From: Acidobacteriota bacterium
Lineage (GTDB): Bacteria > Acidobacteriota > UBA6911 > RPQK01 > JAJDTT01
Direction of reading: 5' to 3'
Length of the DNA stretch: 64,000 nucleotides
Assembly: GCA_965263035.1 (NCBI GenBank)
Contig: OZ253580.1
Location: forward strand, 896,001-960,000
The notes under the pieces were generated by a model that was not told the DNA's origin, searched no databases, and saw only the letters and a list, made by a program, of their open reading frames with translations. The translations under genes were made by a program, and so were the position numbers. This document shows, piece by piece, positions 48,567 through 57,874 of this stretch (positions within the stretch are counted from its first letter, which is position 1; each line of letters opens with the position of its first letter).

Positions 48567-49709
48567 ATGCTGGTCGGCCTCTTGCTCTCGGGGCTCTTGT
48601 TTTCAGGTCTTCAGGTTCAAGCCCAGCAGCAGCGACTTGAGCAATACTACCAACAGGCTTCCGAGGCAACAAGACGCCAGGATTGGGTTTCAGCCGAGCA
48701 GGCCTACCTGGGCATATTGAGGCTCTCACCCGAGAGAGCCGATGCCACTTATGGTTTGGGTCTTGCCCATCACTTTCAGGGGAAATATGAAAAGGCCACA
48801 AGAGCCTTCGAAAAAACCTTGCAGCTCGATCCTGAAATGATCGAGGCGAACCTTTTTCTGGGCCTCGACTACTATCTTCTTTACGAATACGAGAAAGCAC
48901 TCGGTCCTCTCGGGCGGGCCATCGCCGTTCGTCCCGGGGACATCAGCCTTCAGCTGTGCCTGGCAGGATCTTATCTGGCTTTGAAGCGTTTCGATGAAGC
49001 GATCGGCATGCTCGCTGAGGTGGCCCGAAAGAATCCCAAGCATGTCCAGGTCCTTCACCTGCAGGCACAGGCCTACCTCAACTCCGGAAAGTTTGCCGAG
49101 TTCGAGAAGACTTACGAACGGCTCCGTGAACTCGACTCCGGATCCTACCGAACCTATCAGATGCGGGCTGAAGCCTACGTTTTCCAGGGCCGGGCGGAGG
49201 AGGCACTGAGCGAGTACCGGAAAGCACTTTCCCTCGATCCGAATGTAGCTGGACTCAACCAGGCTGTGGGAATTCTCTATGTGGAGAAGGGGCTGTACGA
49301 AGCAGGCCGACCCTATCTGAAGAAGGCGCTCGAATTGGAATCGGACCTTCCAATCGCTCATCTGAACCTGGCTGTCATCAAAAACATGGAGCAGGAGTTT
49401 GACGAGGCGATCCGGCATCTCAATGAAGTTCTGCGTGCCAATGACCAGATGCCGCAGGCATTTATGGAACTGTCGAAAGCTTATTCCGGAAAGGGGCGTT
49501 GGGAGGAGGCGGCAGCAGCTGTCGGACGTGCCATCGCCCTGGACCCCGACGAACCTGCTCCTCACTATCAGTTGGCCCAGATCTACAAGAAATTGGGAAA
49601 CACGGGAAAAGCGCTGGAGGAACTTCGGCGCTTTGAGGCGATTCAACAAAAACTGCGGCGAGAAAAACATCTCGCCATCGAGAGTGGTATTCAAAAAGAA
49701 CCTCAATAG
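48567..49709 (+). CDS. Secreted TPR protein
   Basis: Signal peptide plus TPR units (YGLGLA, AHLNLA, PHYQLAQIY). Confidence 0.88.
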   Translation: MLVGLLLSGLLFSGLQVQAQQQRLEQYYQQASEATRRQDWVSAEQAYLGILRLSPERADATYGLGLAHHFQGKYEKATRAFEKTLQLDPEMIEANLFLGLDYYLLYEYEKALGPLGRAIAVRPGDISLQLCLAGSYLALKRFDEAIGMLAEVARKNPKHVQVLHLQAQAYLNSGKFAEFEKTYERLRELDSGSYRTYQMRAEAYVFQGRAEEALSEYRKALSLDPNVAGLNQAVGILYVEKGLYEAGRPYLKKALELESDLPIAHLNLAVIKNMEQEFDEAIRHLNEVLRANDQMPQAFMELSKAYSGKGRWEEAAAAVGRAIALDPDEPAPHYQLAQIYKKLGNTGKALEELRRFEAIQQKLRREKHLAIESGIQKEPQ

Positions 49710-49839
49710 ACGTCAGCTCACCATTGGGGAAACAGGCAGACTCAGGTCTTGCCGTTCTGCTATTTCAGGACTTGAATACACTGTTAATGGGGCTGAGACG
49801 AAGTCTCTTTTGTAACTGCTTACGCTCGAGGAGAATCCA

Positions 49840-51222
49840 ATGGCGAGTCTGACCAAGCTTGGCATTTGTATATGTCTATTGGGCCTGACGGTGATCCCGT
49901 GGGTCCGGGGCTCCAACCTCAAAGCCGGAGTGGCCAAGGTTGACATTACTCCGGCTCCGGGAAAATACATGCTCGGTTCCGGGACCACGCTGGCAACCGG
50001 AGCCAATGATCCACTGTACGCACGCGTCCTGGTGCTGGAAGTTGATCAAACACGGCTGGCGCTGATCACAGTCGATCTCTGCCGGGTCTTTCAGGCACCC
50101 TTGATGGAGCGTCTACGCCAACAAGTAAAGGAATCAAGCGGTATCTCCTTTGTGCTCATGGTCGCGACCCACACTCACTCCGCTCCCATTATTCCCATCA
50201 ATGAGAATCATCCCTTAACCGGCATGGTGGCTTGGCAGGAGGACGCCGTCACTAAAATCGCAAGAGCCGTTGAAAAAGCTCACCGGCAGGCGGCAGAGGC
50301 ATGGGTAGGTACAGGTTACGGAGTGGCCTACATCGGCCACAACCGGAGAAAACTGAACCCGGACGGCACCGTGACTATGATGTTCAGGAACCCGACCAAG
50401 ATTCCTACGGCCCCCTTCGATCCCACGGTGGCAGTCCTGCGCATAGACACCGAAAACCGAAAGCCATTGGCCATTCTCGTGAACTACGCCTGCCACCCTG
50501 TGGTGGTGATGGCAAACCTCAAGCAGTATTCGGCTGATTTTCCTGGAGTCATGTGCAATACCGTGGAAGAGGCTTTCGGCCCTCAGACCATGGCCTTCTT
50601 CCTGAACGGCGGCGCCGGCGACATCGACACCTATTACACGGGTGTGCCTCTTGAAGAAGACCCGGTCGCAAGAATGGAGTGGAGTGGAGAGACTCTAGGC
50701 AAGGAAGCCGTTCGCGTGGCCAAGAAGATCGAAACCGAACCGTCCCCTGAGGCGAGTCTCGATTTCTCGGAGGATTGGCTGACCTTCGGTTTTCGCTGGG
50801 ACCTGGAGAAGTACATGAAAGCCTTTGATAAGAGTGTGGAACCCGAACTCCGCGAGTACTATCTGCCCGAGATCAAGCCGGAAAAGCAAGTTCCCGTCAC
50901 GACCGTTCTCGTCAACAAGAAAATTGCATTCATGGGGATGCCGGGCGAGCCCTTTATTGAGTTCCAGATGAACTGGCGCGAGCGGTCTCCTGTCTCCGAC
51001 AGTTTCTTCCTGGGGTACGCGAACGGCTTTTTCAGCTACTTTCCCACCATTCGTGCGGCGACCGAAGGCGGCCACGGAGCAAAGAATATCTGGGCTCGGA
51101 TCGAACCGGGCGCCGGTGAACGGATCGTGGATCATTGCATCATTCGAATCTATGAAATGTTGGGGCGTTTGACCGATGACCCGGCGGTGCCGGCGCCTGC
51201 GCAGGACGTTGAGGAGCAATAG
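49840..51222 (+). CDS. Neutral/alkaline ceramidase-like protein, secreted
   Basis: AGVAKVDITP, DPLYARVLVL, ATHTHSAP, NYACHP, SADFPG, PGEPF. Confidence 0.88.
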   Translation: MASLTKLGICICLLGLTVIPWVRGSNLKAGVAKVDITPAPGKYMLGSGTTLATGANDPLYARVLVLEVDQTRLALITVDLCRVFQAPLMERLRQQVKESSGISFVLMVATHTHSAPIIPINENHPLTGMVAWQEDAVTKIARAVEKAHRQAAEAWVGTGYGVAYIGHNRRKLNPDGTVTMMFRNPTKIPTAPFDPTVAVLRIDTENRKPLAILVNYACHPVVVMANLKQYSADFPGVMCNTVEEAFGPQTMAFFLNGGAGDIDTYYTGVPLEEDPVARMEWSGETLGKEAVRVAKKIETEPSPEASLDFSEDWLTFGFRWDLEKYMKAFDKSVEPELREYYLPEIKPEKQVPVTTVLVNKKIAFMGMPGEPFIEFQMNWRERSPVSDSFFLGYANGFFSYFPTIRAATEGGHGAKNIWARIEPGAGERIVDHCIIRIYEMLGRLTDDPAVPAPAQDVEEQ

Positions 51223-51287
51223 CACCGACCTGCGGGCATGCTCGGCACCGTTTCCGTTGCCAGCAGGCGCTGCTCCCGTAGCAGCTC

Positions 51288-51432
51288 CAGTACACCGACT
51301 ATTGGATGCCGGATTTCGAAGAGTGCCAGGGGAAGTCCTTCCGAGACCATCGGGGACGGGAGTTGGCCTCCGGATCCAGGGTCCTCTACCTGACGGTGGC
51401 GTGACCCGGAACGGTGACGCCTTCCAACTCCA
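51288..51432 (+). repeat. Right copy of the 145-bp diverged direct repeat
   Basis: Plus strand reads QYTDYWMPDFEECQGKSFRDHRGRELASGSRVLYLTVA*, a relic of the methyltransferase tail QYTDYRMDYFEECLGKCFRVHRRQELPSGSRVLYFAEA*. Confidence 0.9.
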
Positions 51433-51907
51433 ATAGGCACCGCTTCAGATCCAGGCCGCCCGCATAACCCACCAGGCGTCCATTGGAGCCGATGACCCGG
51501 TGGCATGGAACCACCAGGGGTAGGGGGTTGCGGCCCGTTGCCGCACCCACCGCCCGAAAGGAGCCGGGACGCCCGATACCGGCCGCCACCTCGCCATAGC
51601 TTCGCGTCTCGCCGAAGGGGATCGATCGCAGCCGGGTCCAGACCTCAATCTGGAACGGCGTTCCCCTCAGATCCAGCTCCAGATCGAAATCCCGTCTCTC
51701 TCCCGCCAGGAACTGCCCCAACTGCGACGTTGCGCGCCGTAGAGCGGGGTTCCATCCCGGAGACGCGGCCCCCCCGAAATGCCGGTCGAACCATCCGGAA
51801 CAGTCCGCTTCGCCGGGGAGGAGCAACCGGCAGAGCCCCTGATCGGAGGCGGCCAGGAGAAAGGTGCCCAGAGAGGTGTTCAAAGGCTGGCAGCAGAGAG
51901 TTCGCAT
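51386..51907 (-). CDS. ogt: Methylated-DNA-protein-cysteine methyltransferase
   Basis: GTPFQ..VW, IPFGETRSYGEVA, RAVGAA, VVPCHRVIG, GYAGG. Confidence 0.93.
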   Translation of the reverse strand: MRTLCCQPLNTSLGTFLLAASDQGLCRLLLPGEADCSGWFDRHFGGAASPGWNPALRRATSQLGQFLAGERRDFDLELDLRGTPFQIEVWTRLRSIPFGETRSYGEVAAGIGRPGSFRAVGAATGRNPLPLVVPCHRVIGSNGRLVGYAGGLDLKRCLLELEGVTVPGHATVR

Positions 51908-51971
51908 GGATCAGATTCCTTTCGCGCCGAAATCCGTGGTCCCGCCATGGTACGTGGTTCGTGAGCCGGAT

Positions 51972-52871
51972 TCAGGCCCGGGGATGGAACTTGTTGTAGA
52001 CCTTCTTCAGGCGCTCCCGGCTGACGTGGGTATAGATCTGGGTGGTGGAGATGTCGGCATGCCCCAGCATCACCTGGACCGCTCTCAAGTCGGCTCCATT
52101 TTCCAGCAGGTGAGTGGCAAAGCTGTGGCGCAGCACGTGAGGACTCAGCTTTCCGTCGATTGCCGCCCTCTTGCCGTAGTTCCGGGTCAATTTCCAGAAA
52201 TTCTGACGGGTCATGGGCCCGCCCCGCCGGGTCAGGAAGAGGAAGGGACTCGAGAAACGCTTGCGGAGAAAATAGGGCCTTGCCTCTCTCTGATAAGCAT
52301 CGACGAAATCCGCGGCCTCGTTCCCCAGGGGAACCAGTCGCTCCTTGCTCCCCTTTCCCATGGTCCGCAAGAAGCCCGCCTCCAGACTCACCTCGCGGAC
52401 CCGGATCTGGACCAGTTCCGTGACCCGCAGACCCGTGGCATAGAGGACCTCCAGCATGGTGCGGTCCCGCAAGCCGTACGGAGTGGAGAGATCCGGACCT
52501 TCCAGAAGGCGTTCGACCTCATCCGGCTCCAGATAGACCGGCAGTCTCCTCCAGAGCTTGGGCGATTCCAGGGTCTCTGTGGGATCCTTATCCACGTAGC
52601 CGTCCAAGAGTAGAAAACGGTAGAAGGACCGAAGGCTGACGATCTTACGCATGATGGAGGAGACCGAGAGCCGCTGGTGCAGGCGGCGCACAAAATCGAA
52701 CAGGTCCTGTCTTTCGGCCTGGTTCAACTCCAGTTCACGTTCTTCCAGGAAAGCGAGGAACCCCAGGAGATCCCGGCGATAGGCTTCGACCGTGTTGGGA
52801 GAGAGTCCCCGCTCCACGACCAGATAGTTGATATAGCTCTCGAAAGCCCGCCGGCGCGTTTCGTCCTTCAT
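51972..52871 (-). CDS. xerD: Tyrosine recombinase XerD
   Basis: ERGLSPNTVEAYRRDL, LYATGLRVTEL, GKGSKERLVP, PHVLRHSFATHLL, LGHADISTTQIY, FHPRA. ATGA overlap with murJ. Confidence 0.92.
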   Translation of the reverse strand: MKDETRRRAFESYINYLVVERGLSPNTVEAYRRDLLGFLAFLEERELELNQAERQDLFDFVRRLHQRLSVSSIMRKIVSLRSFYRFLLLDGYVDKDPTETLESPKLWRRLPVYLEPDEVERLLEGPDLSTPYGLRDRTMLEVLYATGLRVTELVQIRVREVSLEAGFLRTMGKGSKERLVPLGNEAADFVDAYQREARPYFLRKRFSSPFLFLTRRGGPMTRQNFWKLTRNYGKRAAIDGKLSPHVLRHSFATHLLENGADLRAVQVMLGHADISTTQIYTHVSRERLKKVYNKFHPRA

Positions 52872-54475
52872 TTTCGCAGTCGGGCAAATAAGTGTCCGAC
52901 CTCCTCGACACCCAGGAGGCGGCAACAGACAAAATAGAAGAGAGCTCCGGCGCCGATGCATCCGAAGAGGGCCGCCGCGTCCCCCAGCCACGTGCTTCGT
53001 GCCATATCCAGTTGGAAATAGCTCCCCAGAAATCCGACCAGGATCCCCATGAGGATCGACGCCCCCAGGTTCTTGGCCACGGTGGAAGCCACTCGATGCG
53101 ACGCCGACGAGCCCACCCTGCGACCGAACGTACGGACCAGGAGAGCCAGATTCACCCAGACCGAAGCGGCCGTCCCCAGAGCCAGACCCAGATACTTGTG
53201 GTCGGGGGGAAGCAGCCAGATCAGGAGCAGGTTCACCGCCAGATTCGTGGCGACTGCGATCAGGCTGCTCCGCACCGGCGTCCGCGTGTCTCCCAGGGCG
53301 TAGAAGGTGGGGGCGTAGACCTTGATGCAGCTGTAGGCGAACAGCCCGAAGGAGTAGCAGATCAAGGCGGCAGCGGTCCTTTGCGTGGCCTCGGCGGTGA
53401 ACTCGCCGGTTTCGAAGAGCAGCCGGACGATGGGTCCGGCCAGGATCAGGAGCCCGACACCGGCGGGCAGAGCAATCAGCGAGACGGTCTTGACCGAATG
53501 GGCCACCATCGCCTTGAGCCCGTCCCACTCCTCGCGGGCGGCCGAAATCGACACCTCGCGAAGATTCACCACGCCCACCGCTACTCCGCAGAGGCCTATG
53601 GGCAGGTACATGATCCGAAAAGCGAAGTTGAGCCAGGAGATGGGTCCGTCGCCGCCCAGCCACGAGGCCAACTGCGTGTTGATCAGAACGTTGATCTGAA
53701 GCGCGCTGACTCCGAGCAGAGCCGGCGCTACCAGCCGCCCGATCCGGCGCAGCGCCGGGTGGCGGAAGTCGAGACCCAATCGGAATCGGTATCCCCGCCG
53801 GTAGAGGAGGGGGAACTGGACGGCACACTGGAGACCCCCACCCACCAGGGCCCCCAGAGCTACGGCATAGATGGCCAGGATCCCTTCGTACTCAAACCAG
53901 GGAACGACGAATATACAGAAAAAAATCAGAGCCAGATTGAACAGCGCCGGTGCCAGCGCGGGGACGAAATACCGATTCAGCGCGTTCAGCATCCCCATCA
54001 GGATTGAGGCCACGGAGACGAAGATCAGGAAGGGGGATAGAATCCGAACCAAGTGGGAGGTGACCTCGAGCTTGCCTGGATCGCTGGCAAATCCCGCCGC
54101 CAGCAGGTAGACCCAATAATCGGACAGGGCGAAGAACACGACCGCCAGCAGCCCCAGAACGAAGAGCAGTGTGCTGACCACCAGATTGGCCAGGCGCCAT
54201 GCTTCTGCTTGGCCCTGCTTGCGAAGGATCTCCGTGAAGGTAGGGACGAACGCCGAGCTCAATGCTCCTTCGGCGACGAGGTCGCGGAAGAGATTGGGTA
54301 TCCGGAACGCCACGTTGTAGGCGTCCATGTAGGCCCCGGCTCCGAAGAGCCGCGCCAAGAACCGGTCCCGGACCAGACCCAGTATCCGGCTGAGTAGAAC
54401 GGCGGCGCTGATGCTCCGGGCGGCTCGAGTCGACCGAATCCTTCGTTGGGACTCCTGATTGTCGGCTTGGACCAT
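52868..54475 (-). CDS. murJ: Lipid II flippase
   Basis: SRILGLVRD, AFRIPNLFRDLVAEGALSSAFVP, FYALGDTRTP. Confidence 0.95.
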   Translation of the reverse strand: MVQADNQESQRRIRSTRAARSISAAVLLSRILGLVRDRFLARLFGAGAYMDAYNVAFRIPNLFRDLVAEGALSSAFVPTFTEILRKQGQAEAWRLANLVVSTLLFVLGLLAVVFFALSDYWVYLLAAGFASDPGKLEVTSHLVRILSPFLIFVSVASILMGMLNALNRYFVPALAPALFNLALIFFCIFVVPWFEYEGILAIYAVALGALVGGGLQCAVQFPLLYRRGYRFRLGLDFRHPALRRIGRLVAPALLGVSALQINVLINTQLASWLGGDGPISWLNFAFRIMYLPIGLCGVAVGVVNLREVSISAAREEWDGLKAMVAHSVKTVSLIALPAGVGLLILAGPIVRLLFETGEFTAEATQRTAAALICYSFGLFAYSCIKVYAPTFYALGDTRTPVRSSLIAVATNLAVNLLLIWLLPPDHKYLGLALGTAASVWVNLALLVRTFGRRVGSSASHRVASTVAKNLGASILMGILVGFLGSYFQLDMARSTWLGDAAALFGCIGAGALFYFVCCRLLGVEEVGHLFARLRK

Positions 54476-54586
54476 CCCGCGGTCACTTGATTGAGGGAAT
54501 CGAAACCGGCGCTACAAAACGCGCCATCCCGCGGTTACGCTATCATTCTCATCTGACCCGCAAGTTCGGATATCACGGAGTCCGGA

Positions 54587-55618
54587 ATGAAGCTTGGAGA
54601 TCTCGCCCGGGAACTGAACTGCGAGCTCCGGGGATCGCCTGAAACCGAGATCGACGGGGTAGCCGGAATCGAGGAGGCGACGCCGACCCAACTCACGTTC
54701 GTCTCCAATCCCAAGTACTACTCCAAGATCCCGTCGACTCGAGCCGGAGCCATCATCGTGTCGCGGGACGCGCCCGATACCGGGCATCCGACCCTTCTCA
54801 GCGACAATCCTTACCTGGCATTCGCTCGTGCCATCCCCCTCTTCTACCGGCCCCCTTCCGTCACTCCGGGAATCCACCCCACGGCCATCATCGCCGAGAC
54901 CGCCAAACTGGGAGAGGACCACTCCATTGGAGCCCACACGGTCATCGGCGACGGAGTCCGAGTGGGCCGCAACGCCGTAATCTACCCCAACGTGGTCATC
55001 TATCCCCACACCCGAATCGGCGACGACTTCGTGGCCCATTCCAACGCCGTGGTCCGCGAGCATTGCCGGCTGGGGGACCGGGTGATCCTCCAGAACGGGG
55101 CCGTCATCGGAGGCGATGGATTCGGGTTCGCTCCCCGGGCCGACGGCAGCTATTTCAAGATGGTCCAGTCGGGGGTGGTGATTCTGGAAAACGACGTGGA
55201 GGTGGGCGCCAACGCCTGCATCGACCGGGGAACCGTGGGTGAGACCCGAATCGGGAAAGGGACGAAAATCGACAATCTGGTCCAGATCGGACACGGTTCG
55301 ACCCTCGGGTCCCACAATATCCTAGCGTCCCAGACCGGACTCGCCGGGACCACCACCATCGGGAACCACGTGACCCTGGCGGGGCAGGTGGGCGTGGCCG
55401 GCCATCTGAAGATCGGAGACCGGGTCGTGGCGACGGCGCAGACCGGAATCGGGCGGGACGTTGCCCCGGGGAGCGTCGTCTCCGGATCACCGGAGATGGA
55501 GACCACACTCTGGAAACGGAACTACATCCTGATGCACCGTTTCCCCGAGCTGGTGAAGACGGTCAGACGGATTCAGAAGGAACTGGCGGAACTCCGCAAG
55601 TCCCTGATCGGCCGGTAG
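54587..55618 (+). CDS. lpxD: UDP-3-O-acylglucosamine N-acyltransferase
   Basis: Hexapeptide repeats, IGGDGFGF, GANACIDRG, TKIDNLVQIGH, GQVGVAGH. Confidence 0.95.
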   Translation: MKLGDLARELNCELRGSPETEIDGVAGIEEATPTQLTFVSNPKYYSKIPSTRAGAIIVSRDAPDTGHPTLLSDNPYLAFARAIPLFYRPPSVTPGIHPTAIIAETAKLGEDHSIGAHTVIGDGVRVGRNAVIYPNVVIYPHTRIGDDFVAHSNAVVREHCRLGDRVILQNGAVIGGDGFGFAPRADGSYFKMVQSGVVILENDVEVGANACIDRGTVGETRIGKGTKIDNLVQIGHGSTLGSHNILASQTGLAGTTTIGNHVTLAGQVGVAGHLKIGDRVVATAQTGIGRDVAPGSVVSGSPEMETTLWKRNYILMHRFPELVKTVRRIQKELAELRKSLIGR

Positions 55619-55657
55619 TGTGGACCCTCTCAGGCAGTCAATTGCCGAAACCGCGGG

Positions 55658-55921
55658 TCAGTAATGATAGCGTGCCTGGAGGAACCGGACCTCGTTCTCC
55701 GAGACTTCGTAGACGACCCGGTGTTCTTGGGTCAAGCGGTGTGCCCACAATCCGGCCAGTTCACGCTTGAGTGGTTCCGGTTTGCCGCTGCCCCCAAAGG
55801 GGGACCTCAGGACCATGTGGACAAGGCGGAACAAACGGAGGGCGGTTCTGCGGTCGGTGCGCACCCAATATTCCATGTCCTGTAGGAAATGTGTTGCGAA
55901 GAGGGCTCGCCGGTCAGTCAT
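55658..55921 (-). CDS. yoeB: Txe/YoeB-family toxin
   Basis: GKPEPLK, EHRVVY, C-terminal ARYHY. Confidence 0.92.
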   Translation of the reverse strand: MTDRRALFATHFLQDMEYWVRTDRRTALRLFRLVHMVLRSPFGGSGKPEPLKRELAGLWAHRLTQEHRVVYEVSENEVRFLQARYHY

Positions 55922-56195
55922 CTAGAGCGAACTTGCTTCGGAGCTCCGCAACAGTCATCACGACACCATTCCCGGACCGAACTTCTTCAATCGAATCGAG
56001 TCGTCGTCGAGCATTCTCGGGGGACCGTAACAGATGAGCTGTTTCTTCCAGCCCGGCCAACTCTTCCAGACTGACCAGGGCCACATCGGCGCCCCTACGG
56101 CGCTTGATGATCAGCGGTTCTCCGGTTTCGGCGACCCGGTCACAGTGGTTCTTGAGGCGGGCACGGAGGTCGGAATAGGTGGTTACTCGAGGCAT
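55914..56195 (-). CDS. yefM: Phd/YefM-family antitoxin
   Basis: TYSDLRARL, LEETAHLLRSPENARR; overlaps the toxin gene. Alternative start at 56210. Confidence 0.9.
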   Translation of the reverse strand: MPRVTTYSDLRARLKNHCDRVAETGEPLIIKRRRGADVALVSLEELAGLEETAHLLRSPENARRRLDSIEEVRSGNGVVMTVAELRSKFALDD

Positions 56196-56288
56196 TTTAG
56201 GATTGCACAAGACTCCGTACAGATATGTGAACGAATCCGGAATCGTCGACCCCGGCGGGTGCGCCCGCGAGCCGATCTTGTGGCTTAA

Positions 56289-56446
56289 CAGCCCGTGGCA
56301 AAAGTCCTCACGGCATTCGACCGTCCCTGCATCCCGGCAGACTGCGTTGCGACTCGGTCACATACTCCCGGTATGCTCCCTCATCGCGTCTGGTCCGGCG
56401 GGCGCAGGAACGGTCTCGGTGCTCGCGGGACTTTCACCACGGACTG
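56289..56446 (+). mobile_element. MITE copy 6 (158 bp)
   Basis: Flanked by TTAA on both sides; the only copy outside the repeat-bounded region. Confidence 0.92.
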
Positions 56447-56628
56447 TTAACTTTGGAGATCCGAACTCAGAGCGAACCCGATCCTCTCGTGGAAGGACTC
56501 TATCTGCGGCGGGCATCGAGAAGATCCGTTCCTGTAACCCTTCGGCCAGACTTCGGATATGGGGTTCGCACTCGCCTTGGGCTGCGGGTTGCCGACCTCC
56601 AAAAATCCGGGTTAGACTGTGAAAAGTC

Positions 56629-57870
56629 ATGACTTATGCAGAATCGTTCCAGCGAAGAGAGTTTCTGAAACGAGGTGGCGCCGTGGCAGCGGTCCTCTCG
56701 GCGGCTCCGCTTGGAGCGCAGTACAACGGCGACCCCGGCGAGCCCAATTCCCACACCCAGCCGGCGCCGAATCGCCGGGACATCGTTATCTACCGCGACC
56801 CCTTCGCTTATTGCTCCCATGCCTCCATCGTGTGCCTGGCCAACGGGGAGTGGATCACTGCGTTCAACGAGTGCCAGAGAGTCACTCCGTACACCCACCC
56901 GCCCGGTGATCCCCATTTCCACAATCTGATCTCCCGTTCCGACGACGAGGGCCGCACCTGGAGCCCTCCGGAGGCGGCGCCCAACTGGGACTGGTACGGG
57001 GTCGAGTGCCCGGGCCTGGCCCAACTTCGGGACGGGACGGTGGTCCTGAACCAGTGGCAGTTCCTCTGGTATCCCCTGGCCCAGGGGAGGAAACTCGCAT
57101 CCCGGGGAGAGGAGATCTGGCTCAGAACCAGTCGGGAACGGGGTTGGCTACCGGCAGCTTCCGACTCCGATTTCAGCCGCAGCCTCTATCCCTGGGCCCG
57201 GGCCAACGGCGGCTGCTACGTCCACTTGAGCTCCGACGGAGGCCGGACCTGGGACCGAACGGTCCGGATCCCCACCGAACCCTACATGGGAGGCTACACG
57301 CCCCGGGGCGCGGCTCAACTGGAGGACGGAAGTGTCCTCATGGTCACTGCGGACCACCCGCGGAATCGTACGGCCTATGCGGTGCGATCCCGGGACGGCG
57401 GTTTGACCTGGAGCCGTCCGGTGGTCGTCGGAACGGTGGTCGAAGGTGATTTTTCCGAACCCACAGCGGCAGTCCTTCCCAGCGGGAAGGTGGTGGCCAT
57501 GATTCGCACCAGCACCCGCTACCTGCACCAGAGCGAGTCCTCGGACAATGGATCCACCTGGACCCCCGTCCGCAAGACCCGCGTCTGGGGCTATCCGGGG
57601 CATCTTCTGCACCTTTCCGACGGCCGGCTGTTGGTCACTTACGGCCATCGCCGCTCGCCCTTCGGGATCCGAGCCTGCCAGAGCCGAGACGGCGGTCAGA
57701 CCTGGGACTACGAGCAGGAGTTCCTGATCCGGGGCGATTTCCCGAACCGGAATCTGGGCTACCCGGTGACCATCGAATACCGGCCGGGGCATCTGTTCAC
57801 CATCTACTACGGTGAAGAACCAGACGGGGTCACCAGCATTCAGGGCTCCTACTGGGAGATTCCCGCTTAG
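56629..57870 (+). CDS. Tat-exported BNR/sialidase-family protein
   Basis: QRREFLK twin-arginine signal; Asp boxes SDDEGRTW, SSDGGRTW, SRDGGLTW, SSDNGSTW, SRDGGQTW; LGYP. Confidence 0.88.
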   Translation: MTYAESFQRREFLKRGGAVAAVLSAAPLGAQYNGDPGEPNSHTQPAPNRRDIVIYRDPFAYCSHASIVCLANGEWITAFNECQRVTPYTHPPGDPHFHNLISRSDDEGRTWSPPEAAPNWDWYGVECPGLAQLRDGTVVLNQWQFLWYPLAQGRKLASRGEEIWLRTSRERGWLPAASDSDFSRSLYPWARANGGCYVHLSSDGGRTWDRTVRIPTEPYMGGYTPRGAAQLEDGSVLMVTADHPRNRTAYAVRSRDGGLTWSRPVVVGTVVEGDFSEPTAAVLPSGKVVAMIRTSTRYLHQSESSDNGSTWTPVRKTRVWGYPGHLLHLSDGRLLVTYGHRRSPFGIRACQSRDGGQTWDYEQEFLIRGDFPNRNLGYPVTIEYRPGHLFTIYYGEEPDGVTSIQGSYWEIPA

Positions 57871-57874
57871 CCTC

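Larger units (their letters stand above)
14310..51287. mobile_element. Putative genomic island between the direct repeats, no integrase seen
   Basis: Bounded by the 145-bp repeats; only accessory transport, hydrolase and secreted-protein genes; holds 5 of the 6 MITE copies; core genes lie on both sides. Confidence 0.65.

Noticed and set aside
51972-53828. 618-aa XerD with a long N-terminal extension
   Set aside because: The extension overlaps murJ in another frame; ATG 52871 gives a normal-length XerD.
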